Positions 46,992 through 59,080 of a DNA stretch of 64,000 nt are shown here, piece after piece. The notes under the pieces are model-generated. The model ran no database searches and had not been told where the DNA came from. It saw nothing but the letters and a program-made list of their open reading frames with translations. Made by a program: the position numbers and the translations under genes. Numbering within the stretch: the first letter of the stretch is position 1; each line of letters begins with the position of its first letter. Origin of the DNA: Microbotryum violaceum (taxonomy: Eukaryota). Where the stretch lies: positions 1,565,591-1,629,590 of the forward strand of contig LN717261.1 of NCBI GenBank assembly GCA_001244265.2. Reading direction: 5' to 3'.

Positions 46992-49365
46992 GCCTGCTGG
47001 GCCAGTAGGCGAGAACGAGTCAATTTGCTCACCCCGACGCCTCTGCATGTCCCCATGCACAACGAGCCGAGCTTTGTACTTTATGGTTTTGCCCTCGGCG
47101 TCACGCTTCACCATGAGGACCCACATACTGCCAATCATGATAGCCCCGCAAGGGGGACAAAGCAGTTTGGAAAATGTTTGCTTCGCCACCAGTGCGCCCT
47201 CCTTGGTCGCCATGGCCACCAGCCAGTAGTTGCGGAACGGACCAGCGAGTGCCGCGCAAACGGAAGGGGTGTTGTCCTTGTCAACTTTGGCAAGAAAGGC
47301 AGTCGCTTCCTTGTACGAGTACAGCTGGACTTTGGGATCGTCCTCATCAAAGTCCTTGATCAAGACGGAGGCGTGCACGGCGAACTCCAAGTCATGAGCC
47401 GCGCGGGCGAAACCCAGATAGTCAGGGGGGCGACGAGCACGAGTGGAAAGATCACCCACCGGAGGGGCGTTCGCCGGACCCGGGTTGGAGAACACGAGGG
47501 AGGGCGGGACAGGTGGGGCCACAATGTCGACCGGACCAGCCGCAGGCAGGACAGCAATGGCGGGGGCAACAGCGGGAGCGACCGCAACGGCGGGTGCAAC
47601 ACCCGCAGGATTGACAGTATTGTCGTCGTCAGGGGGAAAGTTGGGCGAAGGAACTCTGCGCGGGATGGACGGATAGGACAGAACGGCGGGGGCAACAACA
47701 GTAGGTACAGGGTTTGCCGCGGCGGGGAAGAAGCGATCTTCAAAGAACTTGGCCTGAGATGACTCGAAGATCTTGTTGCCAACCAGGTCGTAGAAGCGGC
47801 AGGCCTTAGAGCGCAAAGAGTACCCAACAAAGTAGCACAGGCGCAAACGCGGAGCCAACTTGTTGGAACGTTGTTTGGGAGCAAACGGTACCTGGGCGGC
47901 GCAGCCCCAGGTTTTGACACGATCGATGCGGGGATGACGGGTGGACGTAACGGGACTTGCAGTGGCGTGAAGAACGGCATCAGGGGTGCGCTGCTGCAGA
48001 GGCGACAACGGGAGGAGGTTGATAACGTAGATGGCCGCCTGCGCAGCCTCTTCCCACAGCGATGACGGCAGTCCCGAACAATGAAGCCACGCCCGAACAG
48101 AGTTGAAAATCGTACGCCAACTCCGCTCCTGTATGCCCATCTGACCGCGCTTGTATGCCGCGGATAGCTCGTGAAAGATGCCCCGCTCAGCAAGCCAATC
48201 CCGGAGGTCGTTGTTGACGAACTCACTTCCCCTATCCATGCGCAAGGTCGCCACTCCCGGGCCAGCCAACATCGCAACGAAGCCATTGAGTGCGGACGAA
48301 GCCTCGCTCTTGAGCCGAATGCCGCGAGCCCAGCGGAAACGCGAGTATTCATCCGTGACACCGCACAGATATCGGACGCCGGAGAGAGCAGGGACAGGGG
48401 AAGGCCCCCACACGTCGGCAAAGACCCGAACGAAAGGTGCGTTGGCCGGGTGGTGGGCAGCCTCACGACTGGGGGCAGACACGGCCTTGCCGGAGCAGCA
48501 GGCATCGCACTGATCAAGGAGACGAAGTTGATCCCATATTACTGCAGAGATGTCGAGGGAAATGTCGCCCGACTTAGCAAGTTCTACCAAATGACCCAAA
48601 CGCTGATTCCAAAGCACTACATCTGTAGGCAAGGAGGTAGCTGTCAGCGCTTGGTGATCCGCCAGAGGTGGTGACGCCGGACTCGCCTGGAGACCGTAGT
48701 GGTTGCGATCAAGAGCAAAGGTGAGACTCGAAGCCAGACCCGAGACGGTGAGACCAGAGTGTTCGCCCGCGGTGTCACAAATCCCAGACAGCTAGTACCC
48801 ATCCTTCATGAGACTGGCAATAAAAATGAGCTCGGCGGACAGACCCGGGACAAGAAGGACGTTGCGGAGCTCGAGAGGTGCGCCGTTGGCATCAAAGCGA
48901 AGGGTGCCCTTGCGGACAGCCATGGCGCTGGACTTGAATGCGCTGACTACGCGCACCCACTCCGTCGTGAAAGGCTGGAAGTTGACCAAGAGATCCCGAC
49001 AAGTGGTCATGTGGCGTGTCGCCCCCGAGTCGAGGAGGCAGCGGGGACCGTCGTGCAAGTACAGTGCAGAGATTTCGGTGTCAAGGGCGACCTCGGCAAA
49101 ATAGTTCTCGTAAGAGTTGTCGTCAACCGATGAGTCGCGACCGTACTCAGCCACGAGCGCCATTGCGTCGGCCACGCCGATGGAGATGTTGTGCTTGGCC
49201 AAGACGGCAACCCGACGACGGGACAGTTAGGTCGAGGGGACGGTACATTCGTCGCCAAGACGACTCTGCTCGTAGCATTTCCGACACTGCGACGGGCCCA
49301 GCCTCAGGCGACCGTTCTGCGCAACGCCGTGCGGTGTCCACGAGACCCGGTCCCTTCGAAGCCGA

Positions 49366-49480
49366 TAAGGCTCGGTTGCCTTACGCTATTTAACTAGCCT
49401 TCTGATTTCAATATGCATCTATTGAAATCGTCAGTCTTTTGGTCCGTGTAACCTAGTCGTGAAGGGCCTGGGGTTTTACA
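49366..49480. mobile_element. Second copy of the 117-bp mini element, in Copia B gag
   Basis: Near-identical to 39902-40016, lacking the first TG; CCGA on both flanks. Confidence 0.82.
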
Positions 49481-51054
49481 CCGAGAGAAAACTGGACTTC
49501 GGTTTGCCTGACAAACGAGCGGGGCGCCTGCGACGACCCTGAGTCTTCGCCGCGAGGGCTTCGGCGACGTCGGTGCCGGAAGAGCGAAACATCGCCGCGC
49601 GACGAATCGCGCCCTCCACATCACTGAGCGACGGATAGGGCCAAGGGCGTCGATAACCGTGACAATAGGCCGTGGCATCCCCGCCTTCAAGAGGTCCATG
49701 CGGATGCCTTCCGACAACGCAGGCGGCGGAACCCACTTGTCAAACTCAGCTTGCGTGTACTTGACCCCGTCAATCTTGGCGCGCTGGTAGACCTTGTCGC
49801 GGGAAACATGCGCGGCGTTGAGATCAATGAACAGCCGGTTGAAGCGCGACAAACAAGGTTCGAGAGGGTCTCCATCGACGTAGGGTTGGTATTGGAAAAG
49901 AGCATCGAGTTTCTCCGACCGCGCGAAGTCGTGGGATGCGGCGCCGAGATCCTTATCGAGGGCCGCCCACAGCTCGTGCGTTGGCTGGTCTGCGATACGC
50001 GCGAACGTGGCCTCACCCAGGCACACGAACAAGATGTTGTGGGCCTGCGCCAAGGCTTGATCGAGGTCGTCGACGTCATGACGGTAATTCCGATGTTGTG
50101 TACGGAACGTGGCTACGTCGGCCACAGTGGAGCCACCCAGCGAACGGGTGAACTCGGACTGTTCGGGCTCGGGGCCAACACTGAGTTCGGTCGTGACATG
50201 CTTGAACCGGCCATCGCCCTCCAACACCCGTTGGAGCACCTCAGGCATGCCCAAAGGTACACGCCCGGTAGCGGCGCGAAGCGCGCTCGACTCTTTCGTA
50301 GAAGCGCGGCTAGGTAGCGGGGTATAAGTCGAGTTGCAGTATCAGGCATGAAACCCGGCATCCCGTAACAAACGGAATGGGTTGAAAGAAAGTACCCACA
50401 AGACTAAAGATCAGAAGAAAGATAATAAAAGAAAGAAAAAGATACCAACAAGGATTTATTTATTTATTTTATTTTTATTAACGCACCGCGGAGCGGCGAC
50501 CAGTCCCTGAACCTCCAGTGATCCAGTGCCGTCGATAAAGTCACACTACCATCCATGGCCCGAGGATAGGCAGTACCTCCTACTTAGCTGAAAGCGAATA
50601 ACCACCTCAAGACAAGGCTAGAAACTCTAACGACAAATCACAACTCCACATTTCATTCAATTTCGAGTCCATTTCGACTTTTCTTATCATCATCATCCAG
50701 ATATATCTATCTCTTTCGGTTTATCAAGCACGAGCCTTCCCCATCCTGCGGCTGGACCCAGCCGCGCGTCCCGAAGAGACTTCACGATCCTTGTCAGCGG
50801 CCTCTTCTCCGAAGTCATCGACTGCGTCGCGTGAGTCGGACTTCTTCTTGTTGTCAGTGACTGCAAAACCCCAAGAAATGAGCCGGCATAAAAGACGACG
50901 ACCCTGCGGAGCGTGATCCGCCACTACCTCCTGACGATGGTCACGAGTACCGGCCTTATCGTGTCGGTCGCACCCCGGGCCTGCTCGAGAACATTAACGA
51001 GGGCAACACTACCGGTTCGAACGCGAGCTCAGCGTCGCGTCGCCGCCCTCAGTA

Positions 51055-51420
51055 TTGTGTCCACAACCAGAGCTCATCGCTTTGGTTTCCACTCGTCATC
51101 CACCGCTTCCCAAGACCTCCAAGGCTGCGATGGCTTCGCCCGAGGCCGAGTCCTGGTACACTGCGTCGGTCAAGGAACTTAACTCCATGGGCTTGCACAA
51201 GGTGTTCAAGCTTTCGAGTCCACCTACTGGGGCTCGTGCCTTGGGCTATCGTTGGGTGTTTACTCGAAAGGAAGACGCCGAGGCCAACATCATCAGCTAC
51301 AAGGCTCAGCTAGTCGTCCAAGGCTTTGCTCCACGACTGGGGATCGACTACATCAAGACGCTTGCTCTTGTCTAGTCGATCACGACGATCTTGTTCATCG
51401 TCCGCCTTTGTTCCGCTCGT
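51055..51420 (+). pseudogene. Copia RT N-terminal fragment
   Basis: ALGYRWVFTRKED...YKAQLVVQGF..RLGIDY. Confidence 0.85.
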
Positions 51421-51659
51421 GGACTGGTCCTGACTTCTCGGCGTCACTGCCTCTCTTCTATCAGAAGTCTATCTTCCGCGCTCGCATGTTTTCTGCGATA
51501 GTTGTCAGTGACTGTAAAGCGCAAGAAACCGGAGGGTCTTCGGGCACGAGGCACAGTGGGTTGCGAAGAGCGTCGACTCCTCCATAATGCGCGCTGTTTG
51601 TGGCGTTTGTTTTAGGATGGAAGAACAAACGGAGGGTTTTGTAAACAGGAGTTATGAAC

Positions 51660-52400
51660 AAGTAGGGTGGGAGGGAGGAGCCCAAAAAACAAATAAATGG
51701 TCGATCGGCTTTGCTCAAAGAGCGCAGGTCCGATTAGTACCTAAACACTGCAACTGAACTGGGGGATAGGGCATACCTTTGCTCGAAAAGCGCAGGGCGA
51801 TGGCAGGGGAGGAAGGCGACGCGGTAGGTAGACGCGGCCAAACGAGGTCTGTATACAAGGTAGCCCCATGAGTCAACTTGCCCAACAAGGACAAGGAATT
51901 TGGCAACATGCCCAACAAGGACAGTCGTGATCCGGAATGCGAACCTTAGCTAGAAACAGCGAGCCGCGATAGTGCGAGTCTCGAAAAGTTCGCCCTTGCT
52001 CTACTAAGCAGTGGGTGCGATACGACCTTGCAAAGCAGCGGGTACGGCGGCTGCTTACAACGTAGTGGCAGGCTAGCTCATCAGTCCAACTGTCCAACAA
52101 GGGCAGAGGGCTTACGAGGGATGTTACCCACTTTGAGTGAGTAGAGACTGGCAGGGGGGTGCCGGAACCACATCACGAAACGCTGAGGCGTGCGGGACGA
52201 CGAGGGAGAGGGAGAGGAAGGGCCCGCGCGCGCCAGCAGGTGAGCAAGGCGGGAGGCCCAAGGGGGCCGGGAAGAGTGCGTGCTGGCACAGGGTCCAAAG
52301 AATGCGTGTTCGAAGAGTGGAGCGCGAGCGGGCCCCGTTAGGCCGAGACCAGCGCGCTTGAGCTGTCCGTGTCAAAATCTTGCAGCAAAGGCCGAAAAGA
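51660..52400 (-). repeat. Diverged member of the ~1 kb Copia-associated repeat family
   Basis: Shared blocks gggtgggagggaggagc, ggcatacctttgct, gcccaacaaggaca, tcttgcagcaaa.gccgaaaag. Confidence 0.6.
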
Positions 52401-54039
52401 CTATTCTCAAGTGCAGAGATCGCGGCATTCTGGAGGTGCTCACAGATGTTCATTTGCGCTCTGACTTGCGGCCTACAACGTATGATTCGAGGAATGGCGT
52501 GCTGCAATCATTGATCCGCGTGGTCTACATCGGCGGAACGACCTAGAGGGCCAGCCCATCTACTTCGCCACGGATGAGTCCTCCGTCCAGTGTTCGCTTT
52601 GCCCCGGCTGTTATCAAAGTCTCTTTACCTGAAAGCTGCGCCTATTAAGCCCGCTTGTTCATTGAGTAATCGTCTTTACCGGGCCATCGATCATCTGCCT
52701 CCGGATGTCAAGGGTTGTTTCTCAGGTGCAAGTCAGCTCGAACTGAGCCGTGTGTCGTCGTCAGCGCGGCTGCAGTGTCATTGTTGGTCGCCGCTCGTCG
52801 TCTGTTCTGAGTCATATTCTCTGTCAATGACCTTTCCTCTCGTTCACAAATCTCGTTGCTCAGTTCTGCTTGACACGACTCCAATGTTTTGTGCCGGTAG
52901 ACCGTGTGGCGGGGTACGCAATGCCGTCTGGGGACCAGAATGTCATTGGCTGTGCTTCGTTTGAAGATGTAGCCGCTCTCACATGCTGGACAACTCTCAG
53001 TGCGTGAAGACAATAGAATACGCAAAAACAGTTCTCTAGCCCTTGATCGCCGAATAGAGTAGCCTTGCAAGTTGTGAGTCTGACAAAGAATCTGCAGTTG
53101 TTCCAAACGAAGTTTGACGTTGGACAAGACGAGCTGTCGCAATGAGCACCTGATCACTAGATCGTCGTCAAGCGAATGTGAGGCAACAAACCTGTTCGGT
53201 CCATGATGAGTGTACTGTACTTGTTTGCCATGTTGGCAAGAGCGAATGCCTCTGGTCAAGCCAAGCTCCGAGATGCTGTCTAATGACTCGGCGTCGGGAG
53301 GCACGACTATGACACGTGAACTGGGAGAGATCGACATCGCCGCAGGGTGGGTGGACACAAATGCCACTTGATACCAATGACTAGTGTGTCGGACCGACTG
53401 AGCACCGTTCGTGACTGATGTACTACTCCACGGTGGAGGAGGGCTGTACCATGAGCTACTGAGATGTTGATGTTCGCACACAGCTATCAGACGGGCCGAA
53501 ACGCACGCCTAGTACAGGACTTTGCACTCCGTGCCATTCGCCGCCGTTCCGCGCCGGTCTGTGCAGGTCTGTGCTGGCTTTTGCCGGCTGGCTGTAATGT
53601 TGAGACCGTCGTCAATTTCCCAAACTCGCCGCCCCTCTAAGCTCAACTAAGCCCTCCCTCTGGGAGGGGCTTACGAGTTATCGGCGCGCTTGGCCCAGTT
53701 GCCCTCCGAAATTTCAGGGTCATTTTGGGGTGATTCTCTGTATCTTGGCAACTAGGCGCATTCGTGCAAAAGTGAGGAATAATTTTCTTTTTGTTCTCTA
53801 AAAATGACATACCCCAACTGGCGATATCTTTCATAAGCTGCGGGTGGAGCTACAACGATCCGAAGTTTGCGATTTTGGTCGATCGGGCCTCAAATGGTCC
53901 GAGCGCATCGTGTAATTGTCGCTCTCATCATCGGCGAGCCTACTCCGTTCGGCTTGATCACCTTGCGTACGCTTCGCTGTTCTCCTCTTTTCGCGATCAC
54001 CGTCGTCCACGTCAAGCGCGACAATATTTAAAACCAAAA

Positions 54040-55170
54040 ATGACCCGAACAAGCAGACACCATACCTCGTCAACTCGCCAGAACACCCGCCGCGAGGCGG
54101 ATCTGTTCGCTGAATTTCGTAGCCGCGATCTTTCGCTGTGTCAGTACCTGTCGTGGTACTTCAGCCCTTCCACACGCTTTGAAGGCGTTTAAATACACCG
54201 ACCAAAGCTGTTCAACAGCAACTGCTCCAGCCTCAAGCGTGTGCTTGATCTGATTCTACGACTTGCACGTGAGGATGGCGCCGAGTCAAGCAGCCGAATC
54301 AATGACTGGATCGCCGAGCAGGTGGGCAACACTTCGTACTTCTCGGATTGATTCTCCAAATTCGAAAAAGCTCCTGAATACTTGCCTTATCCGCGTGCAG
54401 GCCGACTCGATCATCATTAAAGAGATGAAGCGAACCAAGTCCGCCTTCGTCGCTAGTCATGACTTGACTCCCGAAGTCCACGCATCCGATTACATCGACG
54501 CCCGGCTCGATGCAATCGCCGAAGACAACTGTTTTATCAGCGGACGGATTCGTAACTTGCTATCACAATGCGGAGACCCACCACCGGCTGAGCCAATCAA
54601 TTGCGACAAGGACCCAACAGCCTCCACTGATATCGAGATGGAAGAAGCCACCCCGGAGAATGGTTCCGATCCAGAGCAAGAGCAAGAGCAAGAGCCTGGT
54701 CACGAAAAAAGGCGTATCGAGTTTGTGAGAGTTTCTGACCCTAGCTCGGCTGGGTATCGCAGCGAACTGACACCAAAGATCAACACGCTGGCCGCAGCTT
54801 TACCGCAGTGTCATGGGTCAGATCGCATTCGCTTGTAACCGAAGGAACAACGCCATGCAGCATCGCAACGGTCTCGTGACTTTCGCATGTGGAGCGAACG
54901 ACCGATTGACAACATTTCTGTAGGATTGCGGCTTGACGACATCTCGCTGGGCGACTCTCCAGGCAGCTGCGAGCTTGACGAAGGCGAATTCGACGAAACT
55001 GAAGGAGATTGGCTCGAACAAGTACTTCCATGTGACCGTCGACAACATTGGCGTCACACATCACGTTAACGATCAGCAATTAGATCGACGAACCGAGTTG
55101 CTTCATGGAACTTTTGGTTACGCCCACATTCAGAACGGAAATATTGCCGGCGCTGGAAATCAGCACGGAT
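54040..55170 (+). pseudogene. Putative Academ/DUF6589-like transposase N-terminal fragment
   Basis: RNNAMQHRNGLVTFACGANDRLTTFL*DCGLTTSR...YFHVTVDNIG pattern, recognised from memory only. Confidence 0.5.
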
Positions 55171-55189
55171 GTCGGTTCAGCAAGCCCAG

Positions 55190-55659
55190 TCGGCAGAAAA
55201 ACTCACCTGATGATTGCTCAGTGCATTCAGTGGACTGACAACAATGGTGACGGCCCGGCGTCCATAAATGAGATACATTGCTTCGAAAATCACACTTTTG
55301 CCTGAACCTGTTGGCGCTGTGACGAACACAGCGTCATATCGATCCCGGTTCGCAAATTGATCGAGTTCGAAAAGTGCAGCAATGGCCTCGATCTGCACAG
55401 GCCGGGGGGTAGAGTCCTCGTCAAGACTTTCGCCCAGAATAACTTTAATCTTCTTGCGTGATTCGCTGGAATCTCGTCGGTCCTCCTGAGTTAAACGTGG
55501 CCCCCAGTGACCGAGAACCGTTGTCGGTTTGGTTGAATGATTCGGTGCTGGGGTCGCAGGACTGGCCCTTGAAGCTGATCCCAAGGGAGACGCCCTGAAC
55601 TCAATTGACGGATGTTGACGGGGCGGTCCCCTTACCGGCCTGGGTGTTTGTACCGACAT
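55190..55659 (-). pseudogene. RecQ-like SF2 helicase N-terminal fragment
   Basis: PRPVQIEAI (Q motif), TAPTGSGKS (motif I), IVVSPLNAL (motif Ia); truncated afterwards. Confidence 0.8.
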
Positions 55660-56088
55660 GGCTCATGATGAGGGGAGGTGATGAGGGGAGGTGCGATGTT
55701 GAGTGGAGGAGAGAGAGGATGCGTGAGCCGCGGCCGGGCTTGAGTGACCTGGATCTATGCAGCCTTCGACAGGACCCCGAAAGCCCGGCCTGAGGCGCGT
55801 AGTGCCCGACTGGACAAAATGTGGGCCTCAGATGGGCCAAAATCGCGAAGGCGCGTAGTCGGAGGTGGACAAATCAGGGTGCGCCGTGTGGGTGGGGTCC
55901 TAGGCCCATAGGTGCCAGTGGACAAATCTGGGCCCATTTCAGCCACGTTCGGCTTGGTACGCCAGAGTTTGCCGACCCTCAAGAACGTGCGGAGCGCGCG
56001 CGAAACACTCTGGCCTGTACCGAATTCACAACAAGGGCTCTAATGGCTCAATTTTGCAATTATAAGCCTCTTGGCTGGTTGAACGAGG

Positions 56089-56376
56089 TGTAAGGGTTTG
56101 ATCCCTCAAGGGTCGCGAGAACTGCTACAATCGACTGTTGACGTGTTCGGTTCGTTTCAGGTTGATCTTATGAGGAACAGCGCAGTGAGCAAACGAAGAT
56201 GCCGAGTAGAAGAGGATAGGGAACGTTAAGGCAAAAGAGAGGGAGAGCCGCGCTAGTCGCTGCCTCGGGTAATCTAAGTCAGAATCTAAAGAGGTCCGAG
56301 CGCGCCCGAGTTCCCATCCCCAATCTCCGTATGCTGGAGTTGAGAGCGCCCCTGCAATGTAGTGTACACGTTGACA
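56089..56376. mobile_element. Possible LTR (TGTAAG...TTGACA) nested in the TIR element
   Basis: Homology to the 9746 copy stops at TGTAAGG; TG..CA termini; no TSD found. Confidence 0.4.
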
Positions 56377-56411
56377 GATCTCGTCTAAGTCGTCTAAGTT
56401 GTCTAAAGGAA

Positions 56412-59080
56412 CCAGTGGGAACCCGTTAAATTAGCGGAGGATGAAATTCAAAAAATAGCAGGATAATCGAACAGTCTACATGATATCAGCGCAGAGGTTA
56501 AGAAAACACAATACGAAATACAGCAAAGAAACAAAATCCATTCATCTTACATTCATTGCCGAAACAGCCTGCATGTCGCTTGTTGCTGGACTTGGCTTCA
56601 AACACTCGTGCAATGAGATCCGGACGGTTGCATGCTTTATCGGCCCCAGTGCAGCCTTGATTTCCGGTGAGTCGGGGTCGTACGTCATCGTGATGAGCAG
56701 CGGAGGCTTTCCATGTTTGACAACGCACGCCATCGCATCCTGGTATCGCTGCGTGATGTCGCGATTTGGTTCGGGGTCAAGCCGTTGATGCCTTGGGTCG
56801 TGGTGAGGCGTAGGTTCTCTTGATGTAACCGGATGCGTTGAGTCAATCGGTCTTGACTTGGGAGTACATCCGTAATTCACGAACTCCAGGAAGGGACGTT
56901 GGGTGCAATGCGTGATTGAGAAGTACTCGTCGCGTTTGGCAAGTAGTGCGCAAAGAATGGTGAACGCGAGACTCGCCACCTCGACCCCTTTACTTGACCT
57001 TCGTCCTAGGTGTTCAAAAGTTCAATGTCAGTCTGTGCTTGCGCCTTCGGCAGAATGGAACATCAGAGAAAGAGCCGAAGACGCGTACGTTCGCCATCAC
57101 CATCCTCTTCGTCCCCTTCCTCGCCGTCTTCATCCTCATTGTCGCGGTCTTCGTCCTCCTGTTCGTCTTCGTCATCTGGACCAAGGCTGTCAAGTAGCTC
57201 GCGCAATTGGACACCATTGTCGATCTGCTCTCGGTTTCTGGCGATGGGCGGCCCAGCTTGGTTGAAACCGCAAAGAGGAATGTTGGGGTGGAAGCCATCT
57301 TCCCCTGCAGGAAAAAGTAGTGTGTAACGGAGAGGCATCGCGGACGGATGGAGCGAGCTAACGATTTGGTACTTGGGCCGACCATCGGGACATCGATCAC
57401 TGTGCACCTGGAGAATACGGTCTTAAGGTCCACGATCTCCCATGTTGGTGTCGGAATCGCAGATAAGCATCGCCACTTCCGTGCTTGACGTAGGAAGGTT
57501 GTGGGTAGGTCGGTCCCGGCTTGGCGGGAGGCAGAGGCGCAGGATCCACTCTTTGGCCGTATCCCAACCTGCGCGAGCTTTGGCCGATGCGAACTCCCTC
57601 ACAAAGTGATTGCCGGTGCGCAGAATGGACTCGAGCTTGGTCAAAGTAGATCGTTGCATGTGACTGTCTGCGCCGTCGGGTCCAAGTCGAGTGTCGGTGG
57701 CCTCGGCCGGGTCGATCAGCCATGTTTGAGCAAAGGTTGGGCGTTGAGTCACGGCAGGGATCAGGGCGCCGAGTCGATGGTAGAGGCGACCAAACACGCG
57801 AAACACGGGGGGTCCTAGCGTGCCCACTTGAGTTTGGTCCCAGAGGGCAGCGAGCGAAGTGAACGACAATGCGTTGTTGTACGACCGGGCATTCTCGCGG
57901 AATGCTTTAGCTTCTGTGTGGGTGGGTAGAACAGTTCAGCATGTGGGTCTACTGCAGACGAACGTTGTTGGACGGAGCAACTGACCGCTATCCGAGCCTT
58001 GAAGAAGCTGCCGATACTCGAGATTGGGCTGGGGAGGGGGAGGTAGCCGCACCTTGCCCTGCGAGCAGCACGCGCTGAAGTGTCTGGTCGACTTCGACCT
58101 TTCGCACTCCCAGTGCCGAGCCTTGCAGTGGGTGCACACGGCCGTCTGGGGGCCGAGGTCGTCGCGGATCGAAACGTGGGCTTGAGGGGTCTGAGCGCGA
58201 TTCGAGCCCGGCGCACTCGCCTTTGCGGAGGTGGTTGGTGGGGCGAGCCCAGCGTCGAGTTGGCCATCGCGCTGACCACGCTGTCCGTTCTGCACAGCTG
58301 CACGGCGGGGTCGTATACGTGTCGCAATGCCAAGATCGGTTGAATTGTTGTCATGACGCGCCGGGGGGCTGATTCTGTTGATCGGAGCGGGACGAAGAGG
58401 AGGGTCGAGCCGCGGGGCGCTCAGGCAGGCCCATGGTAGCCCATGGTACGGCGCTACCCTCGCGCCCAAGACTTGGCGAGGTTGCGATGGCCCTCCCTGA
58501 GTCCCTGGCGACCTTGGGACCGGGACATAGCAGCGAGGGTTTGTTCTTGAATGAGTATCACTAAAATTGGATGAGAGTGAGAGGGAGAAAGGAAAGGTTC
58601 GAGGGAGTGGCGCAGGATTATCTACGTGGTTTGATTTGTTGTTCAGCCCCTAATGCCGCTGGTCGACTGCCGGAATGACACTCCACCGCCGGCGCACCGC
58701 ATCACGTGACAAACGCCAGCCCTCGCCTCGCACGTCAGGCAGAGCTCTGCTGTAGAAGCAATATCATGCAAAGCCACGCACTTGCGGTTCATTAAATGCA
58801 ATATGAGTGGAAGCATTGTTTTATGTCAGCAAAAAAAAGAAGGAAAATACTGGGAGCGTTGTAGCTTCGTTGGAACGGCGCGGAAAATACAAAAGTCACC
58901 ACAGGGCTTGTACATGACTTCTGATCGGAACCCCAACACCACAGGCAGGTGCGGTAGACACAACAGTATGCTGGTACATCCACCACAGGCGGCCCTCCAG
59001 GCCGCAACCCAGTTAAAAACAGTGATTTTAGGTTCATTCCTTAACTCACCTTTTTATTTATTTATAGAGGTAGTAAGAAA
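56412..59080 (-). mobile_element. Non-autonomous Helitron (family of 1464-4065)
   Basis: Colinear with 7594-9720. 3' CTGG|T at 56415-56411. 5' portion diverged; boundary approximate. Confidence 0.85.

Larger units (their letters stand above)
44600..50470 (-). mobile_element. Ty1/Copia element B (gag-PR-IN-RT-RH), decayed, with three nested insertions
   Basis: gag from ~50248, [69 protein letters not shown]. Outer boundaries approximate. Confidence 0.9.
53638..55770 (+). mobile_element. AcademH-like DNA transposon, internally deleted (convergent transposase and RecQ-like helicase fragments)
   Basis: TIR-like block 53638-53714. Plus-strand NAMQHRNGLVTFACG..VTVDNI..HGTFGY segment. Minus-strand helicase N-terminus. 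Confidence 0.65.

Noticed and set aside
40776-48517. Long alternative-frame ORFs (454 aa at 40776-42140, 385 aa at 47360-48517) and many antisense ORFs
   Set aside because: Shadow frames of GC-rich Copia pol; Ser/Pro/Arg-rich with no motifs.
49366-49480. Spliceable junctions for the mini element in gag
   Set aside because: No acceptor AG at the junction on the gag sense strand.
53629-53637. TSD for the AcademH-like element
   Set aside because: The flanks (gccgcccct versus rc cccgacccc) are only loosely similar, so no TSD is claimed.
55177-55659. Host RecQ/Sgs1 gene
   Set aside because: Only the Q motif and motifs I/Ia are present, embedded in a TE context.
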